DNA of 63,994 bases, counting the filler, from Thelocarpon superellum (taxonomy: Eukaryota), in assembly GCA_026025795.1 (NCBI GenBank). It is 4 parts of 4 records of this genome, joined end to end, with 100 filler letters (N's around TTAATTAATTAA, not from the genome) between each part and the next. Parts side by side here need not be neighbours in the genome. Positions count along the whole stretch, not along the records: positions 33,922 to 50,670 come from JAPEUG010000384.1; positions 50,771 to 63,994 come from JAPEUG010000461.1; 2 more parts are not named here. One strand, given 5' to 3'. Shown in pieces: positions 50,148 through 61,347 of the stretch. Positions within the stretch are counted from its first letter, which is position 1; every line of letters starts with the position of its first letter. The translations under genes were made by a program, and so were the position numbers. The notes beneath the pieces were generated by a model. That model was not told where the DNA came from. It did no database searches and was given only the letters and a program-made list of their open reading frames with translations.

Positions 50148-50670
50148 ATGTCGGACATTGAAGATGACATGGACGTGGACGTACCGGTCGCCGATAGCAC
50201 CATTACCTTCAATTCCGACAATTCCGCGGTCAAGGGCAAGAGGAGCGCAGCCAACTTGCCAGTGGAAGCGGAAGATACCTTGCCTTGGTATGTGACCGTC
50301 AGTGCCCTGTGACATGCGTCTCGCTCATCTGGTGTTTCGCCAGGGTGGAGAAATACCGACCGGATACGCTGGAGGATGTGGCGGGACATCAAGATATCTT
50401 GGCCACCATCAACAAGTTTGTCGACAGCAACGTGAGTGTCATGATGGTCACGATTCGTCCGGGCAGGAAGACGCTCACGCGACTCAGCGGTTACCCCACC
50501 TGCTCCTCTATGGGCCACCGGGGACGGGCAAGACCTCGACCATCCTCGCCTTGGCGCGACGCATTTACGGAATCAAGAACATGCGGCAGATGGTGCTCGA
50601 GCTCAATGCCAGTGACGACCGCGGCATCGAAGTCGTGCGCGAGCAGATCAAGACCTTTGCCAGTGCGTCA
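50148..50670 (+). CDS. RFC3: Replication factor C small subunit (Rfc3-type), 3'-truncated at contig end
   Basis: [15 protein letters not shown]...|[24 protein letters not shown]...[25 protein letters not shown]. Confidence 0.92.
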
Positions 50671-50770
50671 NNNNNNNNNNNNNNNNNNNNNNNNNNNNNN
50701 NNNNNNNNNNNNNNTTAATTAATTAANNNNNNNNNNNNNNNNNNNNNNNNNNNNNNNNNNNNNNNNNNNN
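50671..50770. other. Artificial contig spacer
   Basis: 44N-TTAATTAATTAA-44N. Confidence 0.98.
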
Positions 50771-50810
50771 GGTCAACCTCGTCGCTCTTGACCTCATCGG
50801 ATTTGGACAT
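50771..50810 (-). CDS. Possible 5' end of an unidentified gene running off the contig
   Basis: CACCACCATGTCC Kozak-like context giving MSKSDEVKSDEVD; too short to identify. Confidence 0.3.
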
Positions 50811-50919
50811 GGTGGTGTTAGGGCCAGAGCATGGCGCACGTGTGTCGTTGTTGCCAGACGAAGCATGCCTTCCGGCGTGGGTGGTGCAAAATTGTGGTCT
50901 GGTCGAGGAAGTTTGGTGG

Positions 50920-51055
50920 TGACGGACCGCGGTTATTCCACTGGAGATGGGTGGTCCATTCTACGGAAGCTATCCGTCGTTCTAACATACAGCTATTGTG
51001 GGTCACGTGAGGCGGCTTACTCAGAAGCCTCGAGCTCCCGTATGGAGCCTCCACA
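50920..51055 (-). mobile_element. Solo-LTR-like element, copy 2 (136 bp)
   Basis: TG...CA termini. Flanks GTGG (50916-50919) and GTAG (51056-51059) form a TSD with one mismatch. 10 differences from copy 1 by manual alignment. Confidence 0.85.
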
Positions 51056-51453
51056 GTAGGGTCAATGCTCTTGCATTACGGCGCCGTTGAATCGCCGTTA
51101 AATTCGAATTCCCACACCCAGCTACCAGGTTTCAACTATGTTATGTTAGTTAGCTACCTGTAGGTAAGTCGCTTGGTGGAGGGGCTCCCCCGCCCCGCGT
51201 AGTCAAGGGCCAGTGACGAGTCCCGCCTCCGTAGCAGTAAGGGTCCCGGGATCTCCCGCCCCGCACTCAACGCAAACTTTGGCCCGGCCCTAGCAGTGGG
51301 CAACGTCCGCGCGTGCGCAGGGACCCCATCCTCTGCGAGAGTGCCCAATGGGACTACGCCGTCCGTTGGCTCGATAGCGGCTTCTATCGGGAAGGTCAAC
51401 CGCCGCGACCATGTCTCCTCTTCTCCTCCATCTTCTTTGCGTGCCATCGCAGC

Positions 51454-52775
51454 ATGTCGACTTCGGTGCTGCGCTCTTGCCGATCAGCAAGGTGCGTATG
51501 GTCCGCCCAGCCCCCTCGCCTTGCCTCGCGTGCCTTTTCTCAATCCCGGAGTAATGGCGCAACGTGGGGCTTTGTCGGCCTCGGACGGATGGGTATGGCC
51601 TCCTGTGAATCGCACTCGTCGTCAGACCCCCAACACCAGCTGACGGACCCAACAGGATTCCCCATGGCCAGAAACTTACAGGCCGCCCTTCCGCCTACCG
51701 ATACCCTCTTGATCCATGACCTCGACGTCGAGGCCGGTCAACGATTCGTGGTCGAGGCCACGGCTGGACAAGCCGCGGTCGTGAACATGGAGCCAACGGC
51801 GGCCGCCGCACGGGTCATCGCCGAGAAGTCGGTGAGTACTATGTATACCTTCAAAGATGATCTTCGCTGTGTCCAAAAGATGAGTTTGTTCTATCCATGA
51901 CGAAGTTAGAGGTCGCCTTCGGCAGCCTTGATCCTGATTTCACCTTTCTATGTTAAAGCCAATCCTCTGAATCGACTGCCTGGGCTTGCTACCACGAATG
52001 TTCTGTAAGCCGGATCGAGTTTCAGACTAAACCAGCGTCACAGGACACCATCATCACCGTGCTGCCCGCGCCCGCACACGTCAAGAATCTCTTCCATACC
52101 ATGATCAATTCCGGCCTGCCCAAGTCGACCGGATCGCAGGAACGACTCTTTGTGGACTGCTCCACCATCGATCCGGCCTCGTCGCGAGAGGTGGCCAATG
52201 CCGTGCACTGCACCCACGCCGGCCGATTCGTCGATGCGCCCATGTCTGGCGGGGTAGTGGGAGCTGAGGCGGCCAGCCTGACCTTCATGCTCGGCGCCGC
52301 ACCAGACCTCCTGGAACGTGCACGCTCGGTATTGATGATGATGGGTCGCAGCGTCCATCACTGCGGGGAGCAAGGCACCGGCCTCTCGGCGAAGCTCGCC
52401 AACAACTACCTGCTCGCGTTGAGTAACATCGCGACAGCGGAAGCAATGAACATGGGCATCCGATCGGGCTTGGATGCAAAGAAGCTGGCGGCGCTGATCA
52501 ATGCTAGCACCGGCCGATCATGGTGCAGTGAGGTCAACAACCCTGTACCGGGCGTCGTCGATGCTTCTCCTGCATCTCGCGATTACACAGGAGGCTTTGG
52601 CATTGGACTCATGCGCAAGGACCTCAATCTGGCATTGCAGGCTGCGGGCGAGGCCGGGGCTACCGTTGCCCTGGGCGACGCTGCCCGTCAGATTTACGAA
52701 GCCACGGCCGGGGACGTGACATGTCAAGGCCGCGATTTCTCCGTCGTCTATAGACACCTAGGCGGAATCGAGTAG
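51454..52775 (+). CDS. Mitochondrial 3-hydroxyisobutyrate dehydrogenase (3 exons)
   Basis: Arg-rich presequence, WGFVGLGRMG|FPMARNL, DCSTIDP, FVDAPMSGGVVGA, KLANNYLLA, GGFGIGLMRKDLNLA. Introns 51593-51655 and 51832-52043. Confidence 0.93.
51877..51970 (+). ncRNA. Intronic box C/D snoRNA (snR62/U34-like 25S rRNA methylation guide)
   Basis: Lies inside the unusually long intron 2. C-like box AAGATGA (51877), TTGTTCTATC plus D'-like ATGA, a central hairpin, C'-like CTGATT, and guide AGCCAATCCT immediately before D box CTGA (51967-51970). The guide is complementary to the conserved LSU rRNA sequence AGGAUUGGCU. Confidence 0.75.
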
Positions 52776-53338
52776 ATCAAGTCATCACCTGTCCTTAGGC
52801 GACGTTCAGGTTCAGATGACACTGCCTCGGCTGCAGCAGCGACTGGATACGCGCGGACCGCCCGTGTGGAAAATGTGCGACCGAACGTCACCCAGTAATT
52901 CAGATGACGGAGCGGCTCCTGGAGCCTCCATGAGCGTTCCCGCTACTCGACGGTTCTGCTGACCGCTCACCGTAAGAGGAGCAGAGTACATGTACGACGA
53001 GCGATGGCAGAAGCCGTGGTTCAAGAATCAGAAGCAAGAATCTCCCCATCATATAGCACAACCGCTGAGTATCTTGGGGAGCTGCAATTCCGATGGGGTC
53101 CGTGAAGTGGAGGCCGCCCCGCCACACTTCCGCCCTGTCATTGGTCCGTTCGTCTCGCGGAAGCTCCGTCCATCGTCATATCGGCTTCTTCCGTCCTGCC
53201 GCCACGATAGCTTGCAATCGTCATGTCGCATGATGATTCTACCCACGTCTCGGCCTACCCATTCCGCCACGGCGTGTTGCGAGCGGTGTTAGAGACGGCG
53301 GAGTGCCCACGTAACGGACAAGGAGGCCTGAGGACATC

Positions 53339-56300
53339 ATGGCCTACCTCGTGCCCATCCACAAGCCGACCTCGGTCAGGCACGCGCTGAAGCTGAGTCT
53401 TTTACGGCCTGACGAAGAGTGCTTGGTCGTCGCGTGAGCGCCTCCTGTTCCCTGTCCCTACCCAGTTTCCATCAGGTCAACGGGACATGCTGACAATTCG
53501 ACGACGGCAGGAAGGCGAATCAATTACATGTCTACCGCTGGGCCAATCAGACGCTGACCCTTGAGCATACGAGAAATGTATACGGACAAATCACCATGCT
53601 GGACCGGCTGCGGCCAAGCTCGTCTCCGACGGACCACCTCTTCGTCGGCACCGACCGGTGGAACTACTTCACCGTGTCGTGGGATCCCGGGCAGAGACGC
53701 TTGTGCACCGAGAAGACCTTTATCGACAGCGCCGAAAACGGGGCCAGGAAATCGAAGCTCGGCGAGCGATGTCTGATTGACCCGGGACGCACCGTGATGG
53801 CGCTGGATCTCTTCGAGGGCATCATGATGTTTCTGCCCATCATCAGCAAGGTGGACCGGCTCGGACGAAAGAAGGGACATGAGATCGGCAACCTGGGCGA
53901 CCCAGCCCTGGCGCGTCTGCCAGAGCTTTTCGTCCGTGATTCGACCTTTCTACACGGCGCGGCCAAACCGAAGCTCGCAATATTGTGGGAGGATGGTCAA
54001 CAGAAAGTCCATCTGCGGGTCAAAGAGGTCTTGTACACGGATGGTGCCTCGTCGGAGCCGGCTGTGGCGGAGCTGGCGGACACGACCACCCTGATCGCCC
54101 ACGTGGCCGATCAAGAGACGCGCCAGATCATCCCCGTACCGAAGCCCGTGTGCGGCCTCCTTCTCTTGGGCGAGTCGCAAATCTCCCACGTGGATGAAGC
54201 CAATAACGAGCCAAAAACCCTTCTTCTGACCGAGCCCACGGCCTTCGTGGCATGGGTCCTCTACGACGACACCCGCTTTCTCCTCGCGGACGAGTATGGG
54301 CGGCTCTCTCTGTTGCAGATGGTGGTGAATGGGACGGTCATTCAGGATATCACCCTGACCCTGTTAGGCCAGATCTCGCGCGCTTCCGTCATGGTCGTCC
54401 TCGACCAGGCACACGTCTTTGTGGGATCCCACCAAGGGGACTCGCAGCTGATTGCCATCGATGTGGTGAAGCACTCGTTGGAGCTCGTGCAGACTATCTC
54501 GAACATCGCTCCGATCCTGGACTTTACGGTCATGGATTTGGGCCGGCCCACGGAGGACGGGCAGAGCCACGAGTATTCCTCGGGGCAGACGCGCATCGTG
54601 ACGGGCAGTGGGGCATTCCAGAACGGTAGCTTACGAAGTGTCCGTAGTGGCGTGGGTCTGGAGGACCAGGGTATCTTGGGCGAGATGGAGGGTATCGGGA
54701 GCCTGTTCAGTCTTCGATCTGCGCCTTCTCATCCCCACGCCGACACCGCCCTCGTGTCCTTTGCGGAGGAGACCCGCGTCTTTCACTTCACCGACGACGG
54801 GGACGTCGAAGAACGCGAGAGCTACGGCGGCTTGTCCTTGTCTCAGAGCACGCTCGCCGCGGCGAATGTGGCGCACGGCCACCTACTTCAGATCACTCCG
54901 TCGTCGGTCCTCCTGACGGATCCGGAGAGTGGCATGGTGATCTCTCAGTGGATCCCGCCGTCCGGCCAACACATCACCGATGCCTCGACCAACGACGATG
55001 CCGTCCTCGTGGCCGTCGGTGGGACGCGGCTCGTGTCGCTGGATATCCGACGGCGCCTGGCGGTGTGTGCGGAAAAGGAGTTCTCCGGCGACAGCCAGAT
55101 CGCCTGCGTCACGGTCCCCTCCTTCTCGTCCCCGCGCTTACCCGCGTTGCCATCGATCGGCGTGGTCGGGTTCTGGCACGGGGGCACCGTGTCGATGGTG
55201 AATCTCGACACCCTGGAGGTCGTGCATGACGAGGTGGTGGGCGACGCGCGGGGGGTCTCGGTGCCGCGGGTGTTGCTGATGACCCAAGTACTGGCGGATC
55301 AGCCGCCGTCGCTCTTCGTCTCTATGGCCGACGGAGTGGTGTTCACCTTCGCCGTTGACGCGACGGACTTTAGCCTGCAGGGACGGAACAGCATCGTGTT
55401 GGGCACGCAACAGGCCCGCTTACAAGCCGTGCCGCGTGGCAACGGGCTCTTCAATGTGTTTGCCACTTGTGAGCATCCCAGCCTCATCTACGGCTCGGAG
55501 GGACGCATTGTCTACGCCGCCGTGACGGCGGACACGGCGACATGTGTGTGCCCCTTCGATGCGGTCGCCTTCCCGGACTCGATCATGATTGCCACGCCAC
55601 ACGACCTGAAGATCGCCACGGTAGACGAGGAGCGGCAGACGCACGTCAAAGACCTAGAGATCCGGCAGACGGTCCGACGCATTGCCTATTCGAGTCGCTT
55701 CCGCGCCTTTGCCCTCGGTACCATCCGCCGGCGTCTCGTGCGCGGGGTGGAGGTTGTGCGCAGCCATGTGCAGCTGGTGGATGAGATCAACTTCGAGCTG
55801 CTCGATTCCTACGAGCTGGACCAGGAAGAGCTGGTGGAAAGCTTGATCCCTGCCGAGCTGAGCGGCAAGACGGGCGAGGGCTCCACCGAGCGCTTCCTCG
55901 TCGGCACCGGCTATCTCGACGAGGAGCCGCACATTGCCCTGCGCGGACGAGTCTTGGTGTTCGAGGTCTCGAGTGATCGGAAGCTCCAGTTCGTGACGGC
56001 GTCGAAGGTCAAAGGCGCGTGTCGATGCCTCGACATTGTGGACAACCGGATCGTGGCGGCCTTGGTCAAGACGGTGGTGGTGTACGCGTTGGACGAGAGC
56101 ACGCCGCATCCGACGTTAGTGAAGAAAGCCAGCTATCGGACGTCCACAGCGCCCGTGGATCTGGCGGTGACGGGACGGCGCATCGCGGTGGCGGACCTGA
56201 TGAAGAGCTTGGCCATCGTGGAGTATCGGCGCGGGGAGGGCGGCATGTCGGACCGGCTGGACGAGGTGGCGCGCCACTATCAGACCACGTGGGCGACGGC

Positions 56301-56871
56301 AGTGGCGCACGTGGCGGAAGACACGTTCCTTGAGAGCGATGCCGAAGGGAACCTGCTTGTGCTGCACCAGAATCGGCATGGCGTGACGGACGAGGACCAG
56401 CGACGACTGGAGACGACGAGCGAGATGCGGCTGGGCGAGATGGTCAACCGTATGCGGAGTATCAATGTCGCCGTCAACCCCGATGCCGTGGTGATTCCTC
56501 GCGCTTTTTTGGCGACGGTATGGTCGAACTTCTGTCCACTTTGCCCCTGCAGCTCCTGACGCCCCATCTAGGTCGAAGGCGCCATCTACCTCTTCGCCTT
56601 GATCTCGCCGACGAAGCAAGATCTGTTGATGCGTCTACAAGGGAACATAGCACGGTACGTGGACAATCTTGGGCACCTTCCCTTCAACAAGTACCGCGCC
56701 TACAAGAGCTCCGTGCGCTATGCCGAGGAGCCTTTCCGCTTCGTCGACGGAGCTCTCATCGAGCAGTTTCTCGACTGCGACGAGGCGATGCAGGAACAGA
56801 TGGTGTCCGGACTGGGCATCGACGCCGTCGACGTTCGTGCCATGGTGGAAGGATTAAAACGGTTACACTGA
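53339..56871 (+). CDS. DDB1: DNA damage-binding protein 1 (Cul4 adaptor, triple beta-propeller; 3 exons)
   Basis: MAYLVPIHKPTSVRHAL, TDHLFVGTDR, VFVGSHQGDSQL, NIAPILDF, GSLRSVRSGVGL, IAVADLMKSL, LGEMVNR, FVDGALIEQFLD...MVEGLKRLH*. Introns 53434-53510 and 56518-56571. Confidence 0.93.
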
Positions 56872-57639
56872 CAAGACACTCCCCTGAATGCTCGTCCGCC
56901 GTAGAGAGAGCGCGAGGGGCAGGGCATTGGATCCCGTCGTGATTGCGCATAGCAGGGGTGGGCTACAATCCATCGGAGCTTGGACCCTACTGATATACTC
57001 CGAGCACCTCGCCCAGATAGCGTAGGCAGGCGGGTGACGTCGTGAATCTAGAGTGACTACTCCAACAGCGGACATGATGCTACCAGTACTTTGTACATGC
57101 TTCCATCATCCCAAACCCGCGGAAGCAACTGGTCGTATTCTGGCACGCACGGTCTGCCGTAGTCTCCATTGGTGGCCCGTCCCGTGGTACCCTCAATGGC
57201 GATGGGCGCCGTGGCACGAGCGGCGACCACCCGCGTACTTGTACGAGTAAGGGTAGCTCCTTGGTAACCTCGCGTCTTGGTACGAAGTACGTCGTACTCT
57301 GGGGCCTGGAGGCCCAGCTACGGGCATGTAGCCGAGAGCATCGACGAAGCTTGGCAGTGGTTATTGGCTGCTCCTGGGGATCCCTCGTCTTAGCGGCGAC
57401 ATTGCCGGCGCCGCGTCGGCTGCAGGGAGGGAAGGCAAGAACACGATCGACGTTTCTTCCATCGAAAGCCCTCGCCTCTGCCTTTCGTACCTCATCTCCC
57501 ATCTCCGTGGCCTCGACCCGATTATTCTCTCACCAGCAATACTAGCCCCAGCGACCCTTTCGTTGGTCGTCTCCCTCCACCGCACATCTCAGGGAAGTGA
57601 TCGGCAGCCTTGCGACGCGGCGCATTCGGCATCATGAAC

Positions 57640-58399
57640 ATGGACTTCTCCGATGTCTTGTAGGCTCTCCAGACTCTCCAGACTCTCCAGACTCTCTGCT
57701 CATCAATTGGTTACTGATGGTTTGGTTGTCTCCATCAGTCGCCTGGTCAATCTTGGCCTCGGCGTGGTCATGGTGCTCGGGGGCATCAGCCACTTCTTCC
57801 CGATAACCTTGTGAGTGACGCACCCGAGTGGACGGGGGCGAACGCGGCTGATATGCGTCCTGCTCTCCTCAGCCAAGGAGTTGTTGTCGGCTGTTACGTG
57901 ATCCTCTTCGGTCTCGGTAGGTCCAGAGGGGAGAATGGTGCAGGCAGGAGCTTGAGCTAACGGCCCGCTTTCTAGTCAACGCATTTCTCGGTATGCGCTG
58001 GGCGACCTACACCCTCCCGCGACGGCCGATGCACGTCTGACTGCTTATAGAGTTTCAAATTCCTCCTTACGTGTCTCGATACGCATCATTTCTCTTCTCT
58101 TTCCTCGGCCGTGGAGTCTGTAAGGCGCCCTTCCGCAGCATGACGAGAGGCAGAGCTGACACGGGCGTCGTCCAGTCTACATCTTCATCGGGTCGATTCT
58201 CCTCACGGAACATACTCGCGATAACATCGCGGGGGCAATCGTTGGGATCATCGGTGTGGCATACGTGGTGCTGGAATTCATCCCGCAGATCGAGCCCCCG
58301 CAGAACATGAGGTAGGTGGCTGGCGTGGATCATGTCGAGCGGGATCTAACCCGGGACAGAGAAGCAGATGCGGCGGGATGGGGGGCAGAGCAAGTGTGA
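57640..58399 (+). CDS. TVP15: Golgi membrane protein Tvp15 / COPI-associated family (7 exons)
   Basis: Spliced: MDFSDVF|RLVNLGLGVVMVLGGISHFFPITF|QGVVVGCYVILFGL|VNAFL|EFQIPPYVSRYASFLFSFLGRGV|FYIFIGSILL...VLEFIPQIEPPQNMR|EADAAGWGAEQV*. An alternative in-frame ATG is at 57634. Confidence 0.88.
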
Positions 58400-58742
58400 G
58401 ATGGAGCGGAGAGGGAGAGGGGGAGTGCGAGATTCATCTGGCAACGTTGAAAGGGGTCGAGAGGGAAGGGAGGTGTAGGATGGTGGGTCTGTTTGGGCGA
58501 CAAAGGACTGCACGTGTATCATTGACCTTGGTCGAATGTAGAGCATTTCGTCTGTTAGCAGATTCGAGTCAGCAATCCTCAGCTACGTTGGCATCTGAAA
58601 GCAGGGTTGAGGATGAGGACTGAGAGTTGAGGATTGAGAGTGGAGGATTGAGGATTGCGGATTGATAGAGTGACCTCAGCGAAGCGCAGTCACCTGACTG
58701 CTCAGCCTCGTGACTGTAACCCCTTCACGTCTCTCTTTTGAA

Positions 58743-58762
58743 CCAATCACAGAGTTTCCAAT
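58743..58762 (+). promoter_or_regulatory. CBC:HapX bipartite site (CSAAT-N12-RWT) upstream of sreA
   Basis: CCAAT (58743-58747), 12 nt, then AAT (58760-58762), ~340 bp before the sreA ATG. Confidence 0.6.
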
Positions 58763-59080
58763 CATTGCACTGTCTCGCGTCACTCACCTAAAGAACTTTG
58801 GGCCAGGCTGCGATAGCATCTTGCTAAGTTACCGGCGGGCGGCCTCTTTACCCCTCCAAGCAGCCCATACCCAGGACTCACGGTCCTTGCTATCGCGACT
58901 TCACCCTGACCCAAGCTGTTCTTACGCCAACTCTGCCCACCTGGCTCGGCGTCTCTTGTATTTGGCCAGATAACTACAGCCACACTGCATCGCGACGACT
59001 TAGCCTGCTCACGCCACGATCGATGGGTTTATAACATTCTTTCGCGGTGGCGGTCAGCCCAAGTGCAATCCGCTGGGGAA

Positions 59081-60969
59081 ATGGAAACGCCGGCAAAAAC
59101 AGCCGCGACCGCTTCGGCGGGTCCGGCCGCACACCTGGCCGGCGAGCCGTCGGAACAGGACCTAGAGCTGGCGGCGCAACTCATCGGCCACGCACAAGGT
59201 CGCCTCGACGGCGGTGCGGTCCAGTCGGCGATACGGGCTACGGCCATGTCATCTACCGAGAGCACATCCGTAGCAGACAGCCAAGTGGCATTGGAAGCAC
59301 GAGCGGTGCAGGACATGAATCGGGGGGGACAAGTCCTGGCAGAAGACGTCGCAGCTGTGAGCGGCCAGATCTGCAGGTAGGTCAAGCGTGGACGGTTCTC
59401 GTACGGCAACTGACTGGATCCGACCCTTCCAGTAACTGCGGAACCACTCGCACTCCTCTCTGGAGACGATCACCACATGGCGCCATCATTTGCAACGCGT
59501 GTGGACTGTACTTTAAAGCACGAAACACCCATCGACCCACCAACCTCAAACGCTCGCTCCCTCCATCAGGCGATGGCGAGGCCATGGGTCGGCGGAGTAT
59601 CTCACCGGGGCAGGGCTTGAACCATGCCGCCATGGCCGGGGGTACCTATGTTGCGGCCGACCAAGTCCCAGGCGGATCATGTCCGGGCGGGGGCCATTGC
59701 AACGGAACCGGCGGCGCCGCGGGATGCAATGGGTGTCCGGCATTCAACAACCGGGTCGCGACGATGGCGCATGCCACGGCCTCCAATACGCCAAATCGGA
59801 CTGCACTACCCAGTCCGCAACCTCAACCTGGCCCGACCGAAACCGGCCACGATCTGAGCGACGACCATGGTCCGGCAGAAGTGGGCCCCGCGGCGGACCA
59901 TGGTCCAAACAGCCCGGCCGTGGTGGCATGCCAGAATTGTGGCACGACGATCACTCCGCTGTGGAGACGCGATGAAAGTGGGCACACGATCTGCAACGCG
60001 TGTGGTATGTCCACCACCTCTGTTCATCATGGGCTGGCTAACAGGTCAGGTCTGTATCACAAGCTCCACGGCGTGCATCGGCCCGTGGCCATGAAGAAAT
60101 CCATTATCAAGCGACGAAAGCGCGTGGTTCCTGCACTGCCGGAGCCAACATATCAAGTCATGGCTCCGACGCTCAAGCCAAAAGCCGCAGGACCCAGAGA
60201 GGCCTCTCACTTGGATCATAGCGGGACGAATCCCGGGAACGGCTTCAGCGGTGGCCGCAATCCATCGGAATCGGACCAAGGCTCTCCTACGTTCCGACTG
60301 CCCTATCAACCTCCGGCGATCGACTTCACGGGATACACCGGGTCATCGTCGATGTCCGCGTCTGAATTTCCACGCCACTCCCCGTCTGCAACGCTTCCGC
60401 CCATCTCCTACTCTTCGCCCACCGACCAGCGTCACTCGTCCTCCTCTCCTCAGCTACATACGCGTAAACGACCGCTTTTCAACGTCGGCGAAGACGAAAG
60501 CTATACTAGTGCCAGCGAAGGCACAGACAGCACGCGACTGAATTCGATCCACGCCCTGCTGAATCCCAGCCAGAGTGACAATGAGAGCGCGTCACGACCG
60601 ACTCCGGACTCCACTACAACAAATCGAGAGGACATGCCCATTGAGCCCTCCCTTCTCGCTCTCGGCACATCCGCGCCGCCATCTGCAGCAACCTCCCTTC
60701 CGCGCCGCGATCGGGACCGAACCCGAGAGGAAGGAGGAGGAGAGCAAGAACGAGAACGAGATGGCGACCAAAACACGCACCACGCACCGAGGAGCAAACG
60801 CAGCATGAGCAAGGGCAAAAACGCCGAGAAACGCGCTGAATTGCTCCGGGAAGCGGAAATGATGCGGAAGATACTGGCGGCCAAGGAGCGAGAACTGGCT
60901 GAGATGAGCGAGGCGGGTGATGAAGACGAGAATGGGGGGATTGAGGAAACGGAGAAGGAGATGTCGTGA
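59081..60969 (+). CDS. sreA: Iron-responsive GATA repressor SreA/Sre (3 exons)
   Basis: Two GATA fingers ([14 protein letters not shown]...ICNACGLY and [15 protein letters not shown]...[12 protein letters not shown]) flank the Cys-rich iron-sensing region [25 protein letters not shown], with a C-terminal coiled coil. Introns 59377-59432 and 60005-60049. Confidence 0.95.
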
Positions 60970-61347
60970 GTATCGATGTTGACGACGATGGTGACGATGA
61001 CGATGACGATGACGATGATGGATCTGTTTGACCACGTATATATACAATGTGGGCGTCACAGGGGCATCGGTGAAGGATTGGATAGGACAGAATAGGACAG
61101 GATAGGAGAGGAGAGGACGGGCAGAACATGGGCGTTGTGAACGGCCTTGTCTCATCTTCTTCCTCTTTTCCTTCTTCTCCGTACTTCCCTCCTACTCCTA
61201 CTCCTACTCCTTGTACAAAGTACATCCAGAGGTATGAGGAATAGATGGTCCTGTAGATACATCGTATACCAGTCCACGATACGTGGCGTGCATCCCAACC
61301 CAACCCATCCCAACCGAACAGTAACCCCACGCAATCCATGTAGTTCA

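Noticed and set aside
51103..51127. TTCGAAT...GCTACCA resembling a tRNA 3' half or a tRNA-Met primer-binding site near LTR copy 2
   Set aside because: No cloverleaf, only ~7 nt of PBS-like match, and not adjacent to the LTR end.
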